DNA of 64,000 nucleotides from Massalongia carnosa (lineage: Eukaryota): the NCBI GenBank assembly GCA_965645245.1, contig OZ287081.1:744001-808000 (forward strand), written 5' to 3'. Below are positions 15,346-26,263 of the stretch, piece after piece. Numbering within the stretch: position 1 is the first letter of the stretch; each line of letters opens with the position of its first letter. A model generated the notes under the pieces. That model was not told the origin of the DNA. It searched no databases and saw only the letters and a list, made by a program, of their open reading frames with translations. The translations under genes and the position numbers were made by a program.

Positions 15346-15360
15346 ATCGTCGGCTAGTCG
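15346..15360. repeat. Left terminal inverted repeat of outer pogo element (preceded by TA at 15344-15345)
   Basis: atcgtcggctagtcg matches the reverse complement of 23282-23296 at 14/15 positions. Confidence 0.8.
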
Positions 15361-16119
15361 CTCGCTTAATCTTCTCCCTCCAAGAAAACTTCGTAGGAAA
15401 GCAAAGCTCGCAACGCTAAACCACCACCACATCACTAAAACACCACCGCATCATTTAAATTACTATCACATTTACTATCACATTATTATATTATTATCAC
15501 ATGGTTAAATTACTATTGCTGCTTTAATAAAGAGCTGAAACCTAGTAATATTCTAATTGTTCTTGTACATCATTGTCAGCCTCGTTGCCTCCATCAGTAT
15601 CGTCTTCATCAAACGGCAGAAAATCTCTTTGCAAAGAAGAATCACCTGTAACATCTGTGATGAATGTTGTCTTCGCCTCATCTTCATCTTCATCTTCATT
15701 ATATACTTGAGATTTAGTCTTTTTCGCTTTCTTTCTCTCTTCTTCTTGTCAAGTAACATCTGTTGCCTTTCAAATTGCTTCGGGATCGGGAATAGGAATA
15801 AGATGCTCGGAGGAAATAGCAAGATCTTGTTTTGAAAGCTCTTTAATTTTTGGTAAACGATTTCTTCTTGCTTTCGAGCAATCACTCCTTCGGCATATTT
15901 GGCGTCTCTTTCCATACGCCAAATCTTCATCCATGTCTGATGCTGCTTCTTTGCTTCTGTTTCTTTAGCTTGTTTTTCCTTTGCTGCAATCATCTCCTCA
16001 GCATTCTCTTTAGTAAGCCCTAATCCTGAACCTAAGGTTCGTAATCGCTTACGAGAGATAGATTTTTGTTTTAAGTCATCTTCTCTTCTTTTCTGATATA
16101 TAGATAATTGAATATCATT

Positions 16120-16132
16120 AAACGTAGCTTGT
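16120..16132 (+). repeat. LINE target-site duplication, left copy (aaacgtagcttgt)
   Basis: Identical 13-mer at 20034-20046. Confidence 0.93.
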
Positions 16133-19100
16133 ACCAGTTTCAAGGAGCGCCGACACTCGCAGCTACACAAACGAACGAAATTTCGTCAACATGGAAGATT
16201 GTGAACGGCAAGAAAAGAAAAATGCAGAACGCGGGGCTCTCAGCCGATTTATCACCGGGCTTCCCCCGAGGAGAGCAAGTATCAACCTGGGCTAATATAG
16301 GCATTATGAATCCTGAAAACATGATCAAAGCCTTAGCAAAACCAGCGCTAGGTAGACCCCGCGCAGAATCCGTAGTAACGACAGGTACCCAGGCCACCCC
16401 AGTCACAGTGGTCGAAACCATGGAAATCCTATGAGGGACACAAAATCCCTCTCGATATTGCAGTATAATGTCAGAAATGACAGAGTGAGTACTATGATAC
16501 CCCTCTTAGCAGACACAAACACCCAGGACTATGATATCATTGCAATACAGGAGCCGTGGCGCAACCCATCCGCCCCCACATCGCTCAGTTCACATCAAAG
16601 TGGCTTTCACCTTATATACCGCCCAGGAGGCGACACCAGAGTGTGCTTCTATATCAACGATTCAATAGACACTGACAGCTGGGAAGTAGAATTTCCCTCG
16701 GCCGACATGTGCACGCTAAAAATAGAAACATGCACCGAAGGCGTAGCGGAGGTGATCAATATACACAACGTATACAATCCCTCCCCTGCCTCCTATTCGT
16801 CCACTGACAGCCCCTCCACTCTATCGACCGCTCGGAGCATGCTAACCCAAGGCGTGCATCATATCCTGCTTGGTGATTTCAATCTGCATCATCCATTTTG
16901 GAACGGTCCTTCAAGACCCACACAACATGCTGCAGCGGATCAATTGTTAGATATCATCGATGAATTCAATCTCTCGCTAACATTGCCGAAAGGCACCGTA
17001 ACATGGGAAGCAAGAAACACGTTTAGCACGATCGATCTAGTTTTCATGTCAGAATATCTAGTTGAAAGACTTGAACACTGCATGACCAGACCAGAATTAA
17101 ATCAATCGTCCGATCACGTACCGATATCAACCCGCATCCTACTCGGTAGTGAGTCGCAACCAAAAAGTAAACGCAGGGCATGGAAACTTCTGAATTTGGA
17201 AAAATTAAGGGAAGCCGAGCGCCACGCACCTCCACCGACGTCTCCCTGCACACCTGCCGAGATCGATACGTACACAGAATCGATTCAAAAATTCCTACAA
17301 AATGTCATCAATGCAGCCGTTCCATGGGCGAAACCTAGCGAATATGCTAAGCCTTTCTGGACAGAAGAATGCAATATTGCCACCAAAGCCACACGAAAAT
17401 TACGCCGCATATGGTCTGACACACGAGATCCAGCGGACTGGTCCAACTACATGAAATCTAATGACAAGAAACAGAAAATTATCCAAAAAGCAAAGAGGAC
17501 AAATTTTCGTCAAGAGATCAGTAAGGCTACCGAAACGCCTCAGGGTCTGTGGCGGCTAGCGAAATGGGCCAAAGACAAAAGTCACTCAGCTAGAGAAGTA
17601 CCCAAAATGCCGACTTTAAAGTTCAATGATCAAATAGCAGACACGTTTGATGAGAAAGCCGAAATGCTGAAAAGCATTTTCTTTCCCGCACCACCACCGG
17701 CCGACTTAAGCGATATAGAAGGATCCTTCTATCCAGCATCGCCGCACTGTCCAATGATCATCACCAGGTCAGAAGTGTCGAAGGCCCTGCATCGGCTCAA
17801 GCCCGATAAAGCACCGGGTCCTGACGGCATATCTAATATAGTACTCAAGGCATGCGCGGAAAAACTTGTTGAACTATTAACACCTCTGTTTCAGGCGTGC
17901 GTTACACTTTCGTACCATCCCCGAACCTTCAAAATGGCAAACACAATAGCATTAAGAAAAATAGACAAAGGGAATTACACCACTCCAAAGGCTTACCGAC
18001 CAATTGCATTACTCAACACTCTCAGCAAAGTAATGGAATCTATCATAGGATCAAAAATAACCTATTTAGCGGAAACACATCGGCTCCTACCCGACACACA
18101 GATGGGAGCGAGAAAGGGCAGATCTACAGAATCAGCTCTAGAGTTGTTAACCGAACAGGTTCACACGATTTGGGGACAAGGAAAAGATAAAGTAGCCACA
18201 CTTTTAAGCATGGACGTCGCCGGCGCGTTTGATACAGTTTCACATCAAAGACTAACGCACAATCTACGTAAAAGAAAAATCCCGAAATGGATTACTGATT
18301 GGTTAAACAGCTTTTTAAATGATCGTAGCACAACTCTAGCTATAAATCGAAAAGCGACCGGACGATTCGCGGTGAGAACTGGCATACCACAGGGCTCCCC
18401 TCTCTCATCCATCCTTTATCTATTCTATAATGCAGACCTATTGGAAATATGTGAGCGACCAGGCACAAACACAAGTGCCATAGGATTTGTAGACGATGCC
18501 AACATTTTGGCATACGGAAAAAGCACCGAAGAGAATTGCAAGACTCTGGAGTCAATACACAGACAATGCGAAATGTGGGCTTCCCGACACGGATCTCTAT
18601 TCGCTCCGACGAAGTACGAACTCATTCACTTGTCTAGAAATCCCAAAAGATTCAATATGGCTGCATCTATCAACATTGCAAGCACCGAAATTGAACCAAA
18701 AACGGACATTAGAGTCTTAGGCTTGCAAATTGACATTAAATTGAAATGGGGACCGCACGTTCGCAAAACGCAAAAGAAAATGGTTAAACAATCCATGGCA
18801 TTGACAAAAATCTCCACATCGACTTGGGGTGCCACCTTCACCAAAGCAAGGCAAGTTTACAGCGCCGTAGTGCGTCCGGTCATGACATACGGGTCAACCG
18901 TATGGCACATGCCCAAAGAAGTCAAAAAGTCAAAAACGTCAACGAGCAAGCTCTCCGTTATGCAAAACAACTGCCTTCGCACCATAGCCGGTGCCTTTAA
19001 AGCCACTCCCATTCCAGTTCTTGAAGCAGAGACATACATAGCACCCATAGATGTACACCTCGACACGCTACAGGCGCAGGCCAGACATCGACTCCGAGCC

Positions 19101-20033
19101 GGAGGTCAATCGAAGGTCATTTCTTCCGCATGCAGCAAAATAGTTAACAAACTTCAAGGCAAGGCAGGTCGCAAACGCCTTCAAAAACCCACTCCGGGAG
19201 AGCTGAAGCACACCTGGGCCAAAAACCTACTGATCGACGCAAAAATCGTTCAACCACCCAAAGCACACCCACCATGGTCCGACCCCTCCCCAGCGCATCT
19301 CCGCGAAGTCTCCGTAGCAGCGTTGGCTCGTCAAAAACAAATGCAGAAAATTAAAGCACGACAGCTGAAAGTCTGGAACGACTCGTGGAGCGCATATCAA
19401 AATCGCGTCACCGAACCCTCCATAGCGCAATCAGTCCCACTGAGCAAAAAACGACTGAAAATACACACGCTGCTAAAAAAGGCAGAAAGCGCCCTGACAA
19501 CACAGATCCGCACCGGTAAGATCGGTCTAGCTTACTTCCTCTACCAGCGACGGGTCCCCGCCGTCACCTCACCGGCCTGCCCATGTGGCTGGCACAGACA
19601 AACTCCAGAACATGTAATTATGTTCTGTAGACTTATTGACAATAGAGAACAGATGTTTTGCGCCGCTGGCACGAACAACTATCAACAGCTGACCGAAAAC
19701 ATCAAAAACTCTAAAGATATTAACTGCTTGGCTAATGAAAACAGGTCTACTGACCCAATTCTCACTGGCATCTACACTATTGTACAATTAACAGTAGTTT
19801 CACTTCTCTTTTCCTTCTTATCTCACAAGGCGTCACAGTTCTCACATGAGTTTCGCTCTGCGTCTCCTGTCCGACGTCGACCTGGTGTCACATCGGACAG
19901 GTATCAAGGGATATGGTTTTTACACCTGAAAAAGGTTTTCCATGTAACATAACTTAGATAGCTTTGCCCGCATGGGCCGGCCTACGGCCGGTGACATATC
20001 GGAGTATGAATAATCATCATCATCATCATCATC
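16133..20033 (+). mobile_element. 5'-truncated non-LTR retrotransposon (Tad1-like LINE)
   Basis: ORF1 C-terminal remnant to 16434, ORF2 with APE endonuclease, RT and zinc knuckle, (ATC)7 tail at 20013-20033, 13-bp TSD. Confidence 0.95.
16431..19791 (+). CDS. LINE ORF2: APE endonuclease + reverse transcriptase + C-terminal CCHC motif; 1-nt frameshift near 19697
   Basis: QYNV, IQEPW, LGDFNLHH, SDH (EN); KAPGPDG, YRPIALL, GIPQGSPLS, FVDD (RT); CPCG..QTPEHVIMFC. The natural C-terminus TAWLMKTGLLTQFSLA-stop(19791) lies in a shifted frame. Confidence 0.92.
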
Positions 20034-20046
20034 AAACGTAGCTTGT
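20034..20046 (+). repeat. LINE target-site duplication, right copy
   Basis: aaacgtagcttgt directly after the (ATC)7 tail. Confidence 0.93.
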
Positions 20047-21477
20047 GTACAAACGGTTTTTGTATCATTAACAAACGACTCAAATTGCTCTGAGCGAGCC
20101 GGATCACTCCACAACATTCCTTGTTGATTTTCTTCTGTCATGTTTGAAGTCCTATTTCAACATCCATTGAGGATGTTGGCTGAATATGAGGCAAGATTGG
20201 AAGACTAGGCTCTTTTTATTTATTGTGTAGCTTTTCTTGAGCATCAGGCGGCTTGAAAGTTTTAAGCATTGAGATGCAGTTTTTAGCATTAACAGGCCAC
20301 ATTCCTGATTTCTCAAAAGCACTTCGAATAGTACATTTCTTGAAAGTATTAGCACGTATCTTAGTAAGATCCGCAAGAAATTGCTGTAATGTATACTCAA
20401 CATTGAATTCCAGTAGAGCATCTTGAATTGCCATATCATGTCAGTGTTTATAAGGTTGAAACACTCCAACATCAAGCGGCTGCATACAGTGTGTAAGATG
20501 CGGTATAAGTGGATAAGGACGAATGTGATTTATATTAGCAAGAGCTATGAACTCAGGAGTACAATGACTGCCATAATTATTCATGAGCATTATTTTCCAG
20601 TCTGCTTCTGGTCCAGAGTCTGAATGATCAATATAATGCTGAAGAACAACCTGTGCTATCTTGTCAGAGGTAAATCCGTTTTCTGAAGGTAAAATTCGAG
20701 TTCCCTTTGGCAGCTCTTTTGAAAACCAGTCCATCATGGTTTCATGTCCTTGTATAAGAATTAAAGGTGGTGGAGGATAGTCGCCCGCTGCATTTACGAT
20801 TTTCAGGACTTATCGCATAGAACTAAAAAATATATTTAACTTGCTGAATAAATGAATAAGAATATAGAATCTAACTTCTAATACGTCTGTGGGTGCTAGA
20901 ATTTGATGTCCTTTCATACACCTAACACGAAAGCCTGCCTCATCGAAATTGACAATATTCTTCTTTGTTTTGATCTGTAACGTCTTTAAAGCTTGTCTAT
21001 AATCTACAAACTATGCTTGTATATCCTTCTCTTGTGCAGCGGTGAATCGTATCATTGCTAATGGCTTAGACTTGATCTTGTGTAGGTTATTCTTTTTCCA
21101 TCATGTTCTGAACCAGCGTAGAGTAGGTCCACTCGACTCAGGATTTTGCCCGCGTTTTAAACTGACAATTGCATTGAATACAACTCCGTGCGATGGTTGA
21201 ATACCCTGTGCAAGTAAGGATCGAATAAAGTGATGAATCGCTTTTACTTGATGCTCCTCAAGTATCTTGTTTTGTTCACCTCCTGCACTTTTTGCACTGG
21301 AAGAAGATTTCTTGTTAGAAGAAGATTTCATATGAGTCGCAATAGAGCTGTACAACGTTGTAGGCCGAATTTTGAATATCTGAGCTGCGCATGCAGTTCG
21401 TTCGTCAGGATTTTCCAACAAGAATGTTTCAGCATCACTAACCTACCATTTTACATACAATTTTTGGACAACAATGG

Positions 21478-23242
21478 TTATGTAGAATTTAATTGACTAT
21501 GACGCTGGTAAAACAGCTTTGCTTGCCTGGGCATAGATCGAGCGATTGCTTTATACTTTCGATCCAGGGCCAATTGCTTCTTTTCAGCAGCTAGTACGGC
21601 ACGTTCATAGGCCTGCCTGGTCTTTTCCACCTCATTCTGAGTGCGTTTTGTAACCTTCGCCCGTACATCTCGAACGGTTATGACTCCTCCCTTCTGGGCC
21701 ACCTTTCCATCAAGTTTTCGTCGTGCTGTCTTCGCGATGGACAGCATCTGATTGGCCCGAAGGTCTCGCTCTGAAATCTGACGTGCATGAGCACTGGAGA
21801 TGGAGCCTTTCACAAATCGTTCCACATGACAGTCCCACTCGGCATTCAAAACATTGTACTTCTTCAGGCTTTTCCGAAGCTTATTTCCATATTCAACAAC
21901 TTCTTTGGCTGTGGAAGGTGTTCTGGCGAGCAATGGAGCTGATGGAAGTGGGGGCGGTAGCAGGCCTACGGGTCTGAATAGCCTCCACTTTGCGGAGTAC
22001 CACTTCTGGATTATAAGGCACCAGACCCGTGTTTCTGAATGAAGCTAGTATGGTAGTTGACGTGAATGTTTGATTTCGCATGATCTGAAAATCGACAGAA
22101 AGTCGAGTTTATCGAAATCAGACCCTCCACCCAGCATCAGTTGATCAATGGCTTCGGAATGATAATGTTTGAAAGGCTGAAAACATCCTACATCCAATGG
22201 CTGAGTGAGATGTGTGGAATGAGGTGGAAGACGAAACAATTCGATTTTGTTTCGTTTGGCATAGGTAAAAAACTCGAATGTCATATGAGATCCATATCCA
22301 TCCATGATGAGCATGCGCCATGCACCTACCTGCCCCTTTCGACTGTGTTTGTCGAAATGTTTCAACCAATCATGAGCTAAATCATCATTGGAATAGCCGG
22401 TAGGACTGGTGGTCAGGAGAATATCATCATCCAAGTCATTGTGTTGGGCCCATTTCTCCAGCACCCATGTACCAGCGATTATGATCATGGGGGAAATATC
22501 ACGCCCCCCTGCACTAATACATTGACACGAGGTGATATATTCTCTATTGTCCGAGTCCGTCAACAGCAAAGACTTTCTAGAATGAGTTGAAAAAACCCAA
22601 TGAGCTCGCCCACAGCCAATTCGAAAGCCTGTCTCGTCCATGTTCCAAATATCCTCATCCGCTACTCCAAGAGCCTCGCGAGCAGCCCGATATGTCTCGA
22701 AATATTCCAATATATCATCGACGTTGTGCGCATGTTTTCGCTCGACGGCTAGTGGTTTTTGTTTGCGTTTGAAGAATTGAGGATGTCGAGTCAGAAAACG
22801 TTTGGTCCAGGCATTGCTGACGTGGGGAGAAGGAGTGAAAACGTCTGAATGAGCCTCTTGAAGTAGATAATTTGCTGCCGCCCGAATCATTGGAAGTCTG
22901 GCAGATTGTCCGGCTTGATCGAGCATTTTAATATATTCACAAAGAGCTAATTCTTGTTCATCAGACAAAGCTTTGTTGGGGGCAGAACGACCGATTTTCG
23001 AACCACCTCCATTAAGTCTTCTCTGTAGAGTACGAATGTCCACGTCGTACTCCAAAGCTACCGCGCGCACACTTCGAAAATCACCCGTGTCCCACGCGTC
23101 AATAGCTTCAAGAATTCGATTCTCCTTACTGAAAGATAAACTAGACATGATGTGGTGGAGTGATTACGTGGTGAAGATTGGTAGGTAAAATGGGAAAAGT
23201 GCGTCAATGAGCTGTATGCGTCACTGAGGTATCGGACACGAG
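21478..23242 (-). mobile_element. Second pogo/Fot1 DD35D transposon (inner), two frameshifts, 3' terminus missing
   Basis: ORF 22045-23148 with Psq/CENP-B-type HTH, WNMDETGF, IMDGYGSH, 35 residues, QPLDVGCF; continues in ORFs 21893-22081 and 21478-21933. The 5' terminus at ~23242 is next to TA and has an internal direct repeat tgcgtca(a/c)tgag. Confidence 0.88.
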
Positions 23243-23281
23243 TAGGCGACTCGCTTCGATTACTAAGTTAGTTTCTTGACA

Positions 23282-23296
23282 CGATTAGCCGACGAT
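23282..23296. repeat. Right terminal inverted repeat of outer pogo element (followed by TA at 23297-23298)
   Basis: cgattagccgacgat is the near-perfect reverse complement of 15346-15360. Confidence 0.8.
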
Positions 23297-23558
23297 TATG
23301 ATAAATACAACATTATAACATCTGAACTCCAAGAGAACTTGAGTCATGCTGATTCTGCACGTTTACTGCCAGTGCCATTGAAATTGCTATAAAATTATTC
23401 GTTTCCATTATTGCTTTTATGTACTGCTCTGTTCTTGCTGGACGAGAATTTAAGTTTGGCTCCCCCACGCGGCTCCTGACCCTAAGCCGTTAGAAAACGA
23501 TCGGACTTGCTTTCAGTCCCAATAAACTCCCGAGTTCTGAAACAGAGTTCTACTCATT

Positions 23559-24698
23559 ATGAGCGACGAGAAAAAACCAACTTCTTTGGGATCAGTCCTC
23601 GTTGTTGGTGGATGTGGTTTCCTTGGGCATCATATCGTCTCACAGCTCCTAGAATCCTACTTCGCTGATGTATATGTCTTGGACCTACGCACAGACCGAA
23701 ACCGTTTTCCTTCAGTATCCTATTACGATGCTGATATTACATCAAGCAGCGCAGTCATAAGGATTCTCGAAGATGTCCAACCTCAAATCGTCATCCACAC
23801 TGCTTCGCCAGCATTCACTGCAGACTATGGCAGGAACAAGGCTATCTACAAAAAAGTCAACATTGACGGAACGCGCAACCTCCTGGAGTTGGCGGGCAAG
23901 ATCGGCTGCGTCAAAGCTTTCATCTACACCTCCAGCGCATCCATAGTTCACGACTCTATCAGCGATATTATCAATGCCGACGAGCGCTGGCCCGTCCTTC
24001 ATCCTCCCCGACAACGGGAATACTATGCCGAAACCAAAGCCGTGGCCGAGGCGCTGGTCTTAGCTGCCAATCGCAAGCATGGCGATATGCTCACAGTTGC
24101 CCTCCGTCCAGCTGGCATCTTCGGAGAAGGCGACGTGCAGATGATTCCTAACATGCTGACGGCGTTCGAGAAGCGACAGACCAAATTCCAGCTAGGCCAA
24201 AACACGAACCTATTCGACTTCAGCTATGTTGGAAACGTCGCCCATGCACACATTCTTGCGGTCATTGCGCTCATGAACACTCACATGCGTTCCACGCGGC
24301 CATTGGACCATGAGAAGGTTGATGGGGAAGCCTTCTTCATTACAAACGACACACCTTTATACTTTTGGGATTTTGCTCGTATGGTCTGGTCGACGGTAGG
24401 AGACACGACAGAACCATCGGAAGTGTGGGTCATTAATCGGGATATTGGATTAGTGATTGCCTCGGCGATGGAATGGGTTTTATGGCTGGTTGGCCGCACA
24501 CCAAATTTAACGAGGAAAGCGGTGAACTATAGCTCCATGGTTCGATATTATAACATCGACAAGGCCAAGAAACTCCTGGGATATGCGCCATTGATAGGAA
24601 TGGAAGAAGCAATCGTAAGGTCGGTGAAGTCATTTCAGACGCAAAAGGCACATGGAGAGGGAAAGGGGCCAGAGGAGAAGAATCCAAAAAAGGGGTGA
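23559..24698 (+). CDS. ERG26: C-3 sterol dehydrogenase (sterol-4-alpha-carboxylate 3-dehydrogenase, 3-beta-HSD family)
   Basis: GGCGFLG NAD-binding motif, IHTASP, YTSSAS, YxxxK (YAETK), LRPAGIFGEGD, FDFSYVGNVAHAH, GEAFFITND. Confidence 0.92.
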   Translation: MSDEKKPTSLGSVLVVGGCGFLGHHIVSQLLESYFADVYVLDLRTDRNRFPSVSYYDADITSSSAVIRILEDVQPQIVIHTASPAFTADYGRNKAIYKKVNIDGTRNLLELAGKIGCVKAFIYTSSASIVHDSISDIINADERWPVLHPPRQREYYAETKAVAEALVLAANRKHGDMLTVALRPAGIFGEGDVQMIPNMLTAFEKRQTKFQLGQNTNLFDFSYVGNVAHAHILAVIALMNTHMRSTRPLDHEKVDGEAFFITNDTPLYFWDFARMVWSTVGDTTEPSEVWVINRDIGLVIASAMEWVLWLVGRTPNLTRKAVNYSSMVRYYNIDKAKKLLGYAPLIGMEEAIVRSVKSFQTQKAHGEGKGPEEKNPKKG

Positions 24699-26263
24699 CG
24701 GTTTACATGAAGGTATTGGAGCTCTTAGACTGTTGCGGTTGTAAAATATTTGGCGAGTGTAAAGGTAATGTATCATGTCAGCTGGCGAAACGCAAGAGGG
24801 GTTGTCAGTCTCATGATCCACTGCTGGGAGAGCAGCAGTCAAAGTCCCACCCAACCTATCTCTAGTATTGTCACTCTCACACGCTACGGAAGTGTTATTT
24901 TCCCCTCGTCATCATGCACCCCGCGCATCCGCTCTCCGCCATGACGCAACGATTTCCCAAGTCCGCGGGTCTACGAGGCCATTCACCCACGAATTCTAGA
25001 TGCTCGCCTGAAAGTACGATGTTGAAAGTATGCTCCCACCACGGAATACGGACTCGACAAGCACAGCGGGTTACGCTCTGCAACGAGCTTATTACCCCAC
25101 AGTCCACTCCCAAGATCAGCTTAAGATGCAGTAGTGCCATGGTTGAGCTAGACGGTTAGCGGATTCGGCTTGGCAAGGGGACGGGTGCTGGGGCTTTTTT
25201 GACACTTCTCCTCTGCAAAGGTAAGGTAGCTTGTTCACTTGATGGATATGGTCCGGAAAAATACTTTGGCCATGGTAGCGTCCTTTGCGGTTGGTGTATG
25301 AGTGGATCAGTTGACTGCCTTAGCCCTTGCGCACTAATGCGGAGAAGAAGGCATTACTTCACGCGAGCTGCAGAGTACTCACAGCATTCTACCTCATTGT
25401 CATAAACTGTTGTCTTTGGGTTTTTGAGGAAGCTGAAGGAACCGAGTCGGAAGGAGTGGCTGGTGGAAAACGTTGCGTTTGGAGCCCATGATTGAGAGTA
25501 CGAGTAGTTGTACGGAGTACACGCGTGAATGCCAGAGCAGGTGAAGAGTCTTAAAAGGAGGCACGAACAGAAAAGATCCTGCACGACAGATGTTTGATGG
25601 CAACTGGATGTGAAGAAGCGTGGTGGATGAACCCTTGTAATAGCAACGAGTATCACTGGATGAACCGACTACATTCCGACGTTGTATCATCGAGTACCGA
25701 GTATCGCTGCTTGTTGGTGGTTTCTGCTGTTTTCCGGCTTCGCTTCGCCCGTGGAAGCTGATAAATAGCGTTTGACGCTAGTAATAATTGTGCTCGAACG
25801 TAGGTCACTTTTCAAACCCCTCCCCCAGAGTATTTATTCTATACGGAACACTCTCTGTAAGAGTATTGTCGAAACCTCCCTCGCAACACCACATTAACCA
25901 CGCTCTTCGTAAGACATAATTCAAAATTAGAATTGTTTGAAATCTTCCTTCTTTGTTATCAGACCCAGGACTCAACACACGGACGTCTCCTGTGCGCTCT
26001 GGTCATCATGGCGGCACGACAGTGCTGATTGGGCCCCTAGCATAAGCCACATCTCTTTCATAACCCATTTGTTCGACTCAAAGAAATATTGAGTCCAGAT
26101 TACAATTTGAACGTCGATGTGCCACAGGAAACTGCCTAGCTCTCTTCCCAACATGTTGTCGCCCTCGCAGAGTGTTTAATGCAAAGAACTGTGGTGTGTC
26201 GACCAAAGAGCCCTTCGGGGCTTGTTGGGCAGCTAGTCAGTCGACGGCCAAGCCTAAGGGATA

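Larger units (their letters stand above)
15346..23296 (-). mobile_element. Degenerate pogo/Fot1 (Tc1-mariner) DNA transposon, outer element of a nested cluster
   Basis: 15-bp TIRs (ATCGTCGGCTAGTCG / revcomp ATCGTCGGCTAATCG, 14/15) each flanked by TA. Transposase fragments at 21101-21421 (HTH), ~20940 (NFDEAGFR), 20441-20737 (MNNYGSH...QPLD, DD35D with D->N), 20034-20434 and 15553-16132. Confidence 0.85.

Noticed and set aside
19792..19952. C-terminal extension of the 1173-aa LINE ORF in the ORF track
   Set aside because: It results from a 1-nt frameshift near 19697; the family-like C-terminus ends at 19791 and the rest is 3' UTR.
19866..19991. Self-cleaving ribozyme in the LINE 3' UTR
   Set aside because: Hairpins are present but I could not map hammerhead or HDV core motifs; LINE ribozymes are normally at the 5' end, which is missing here.
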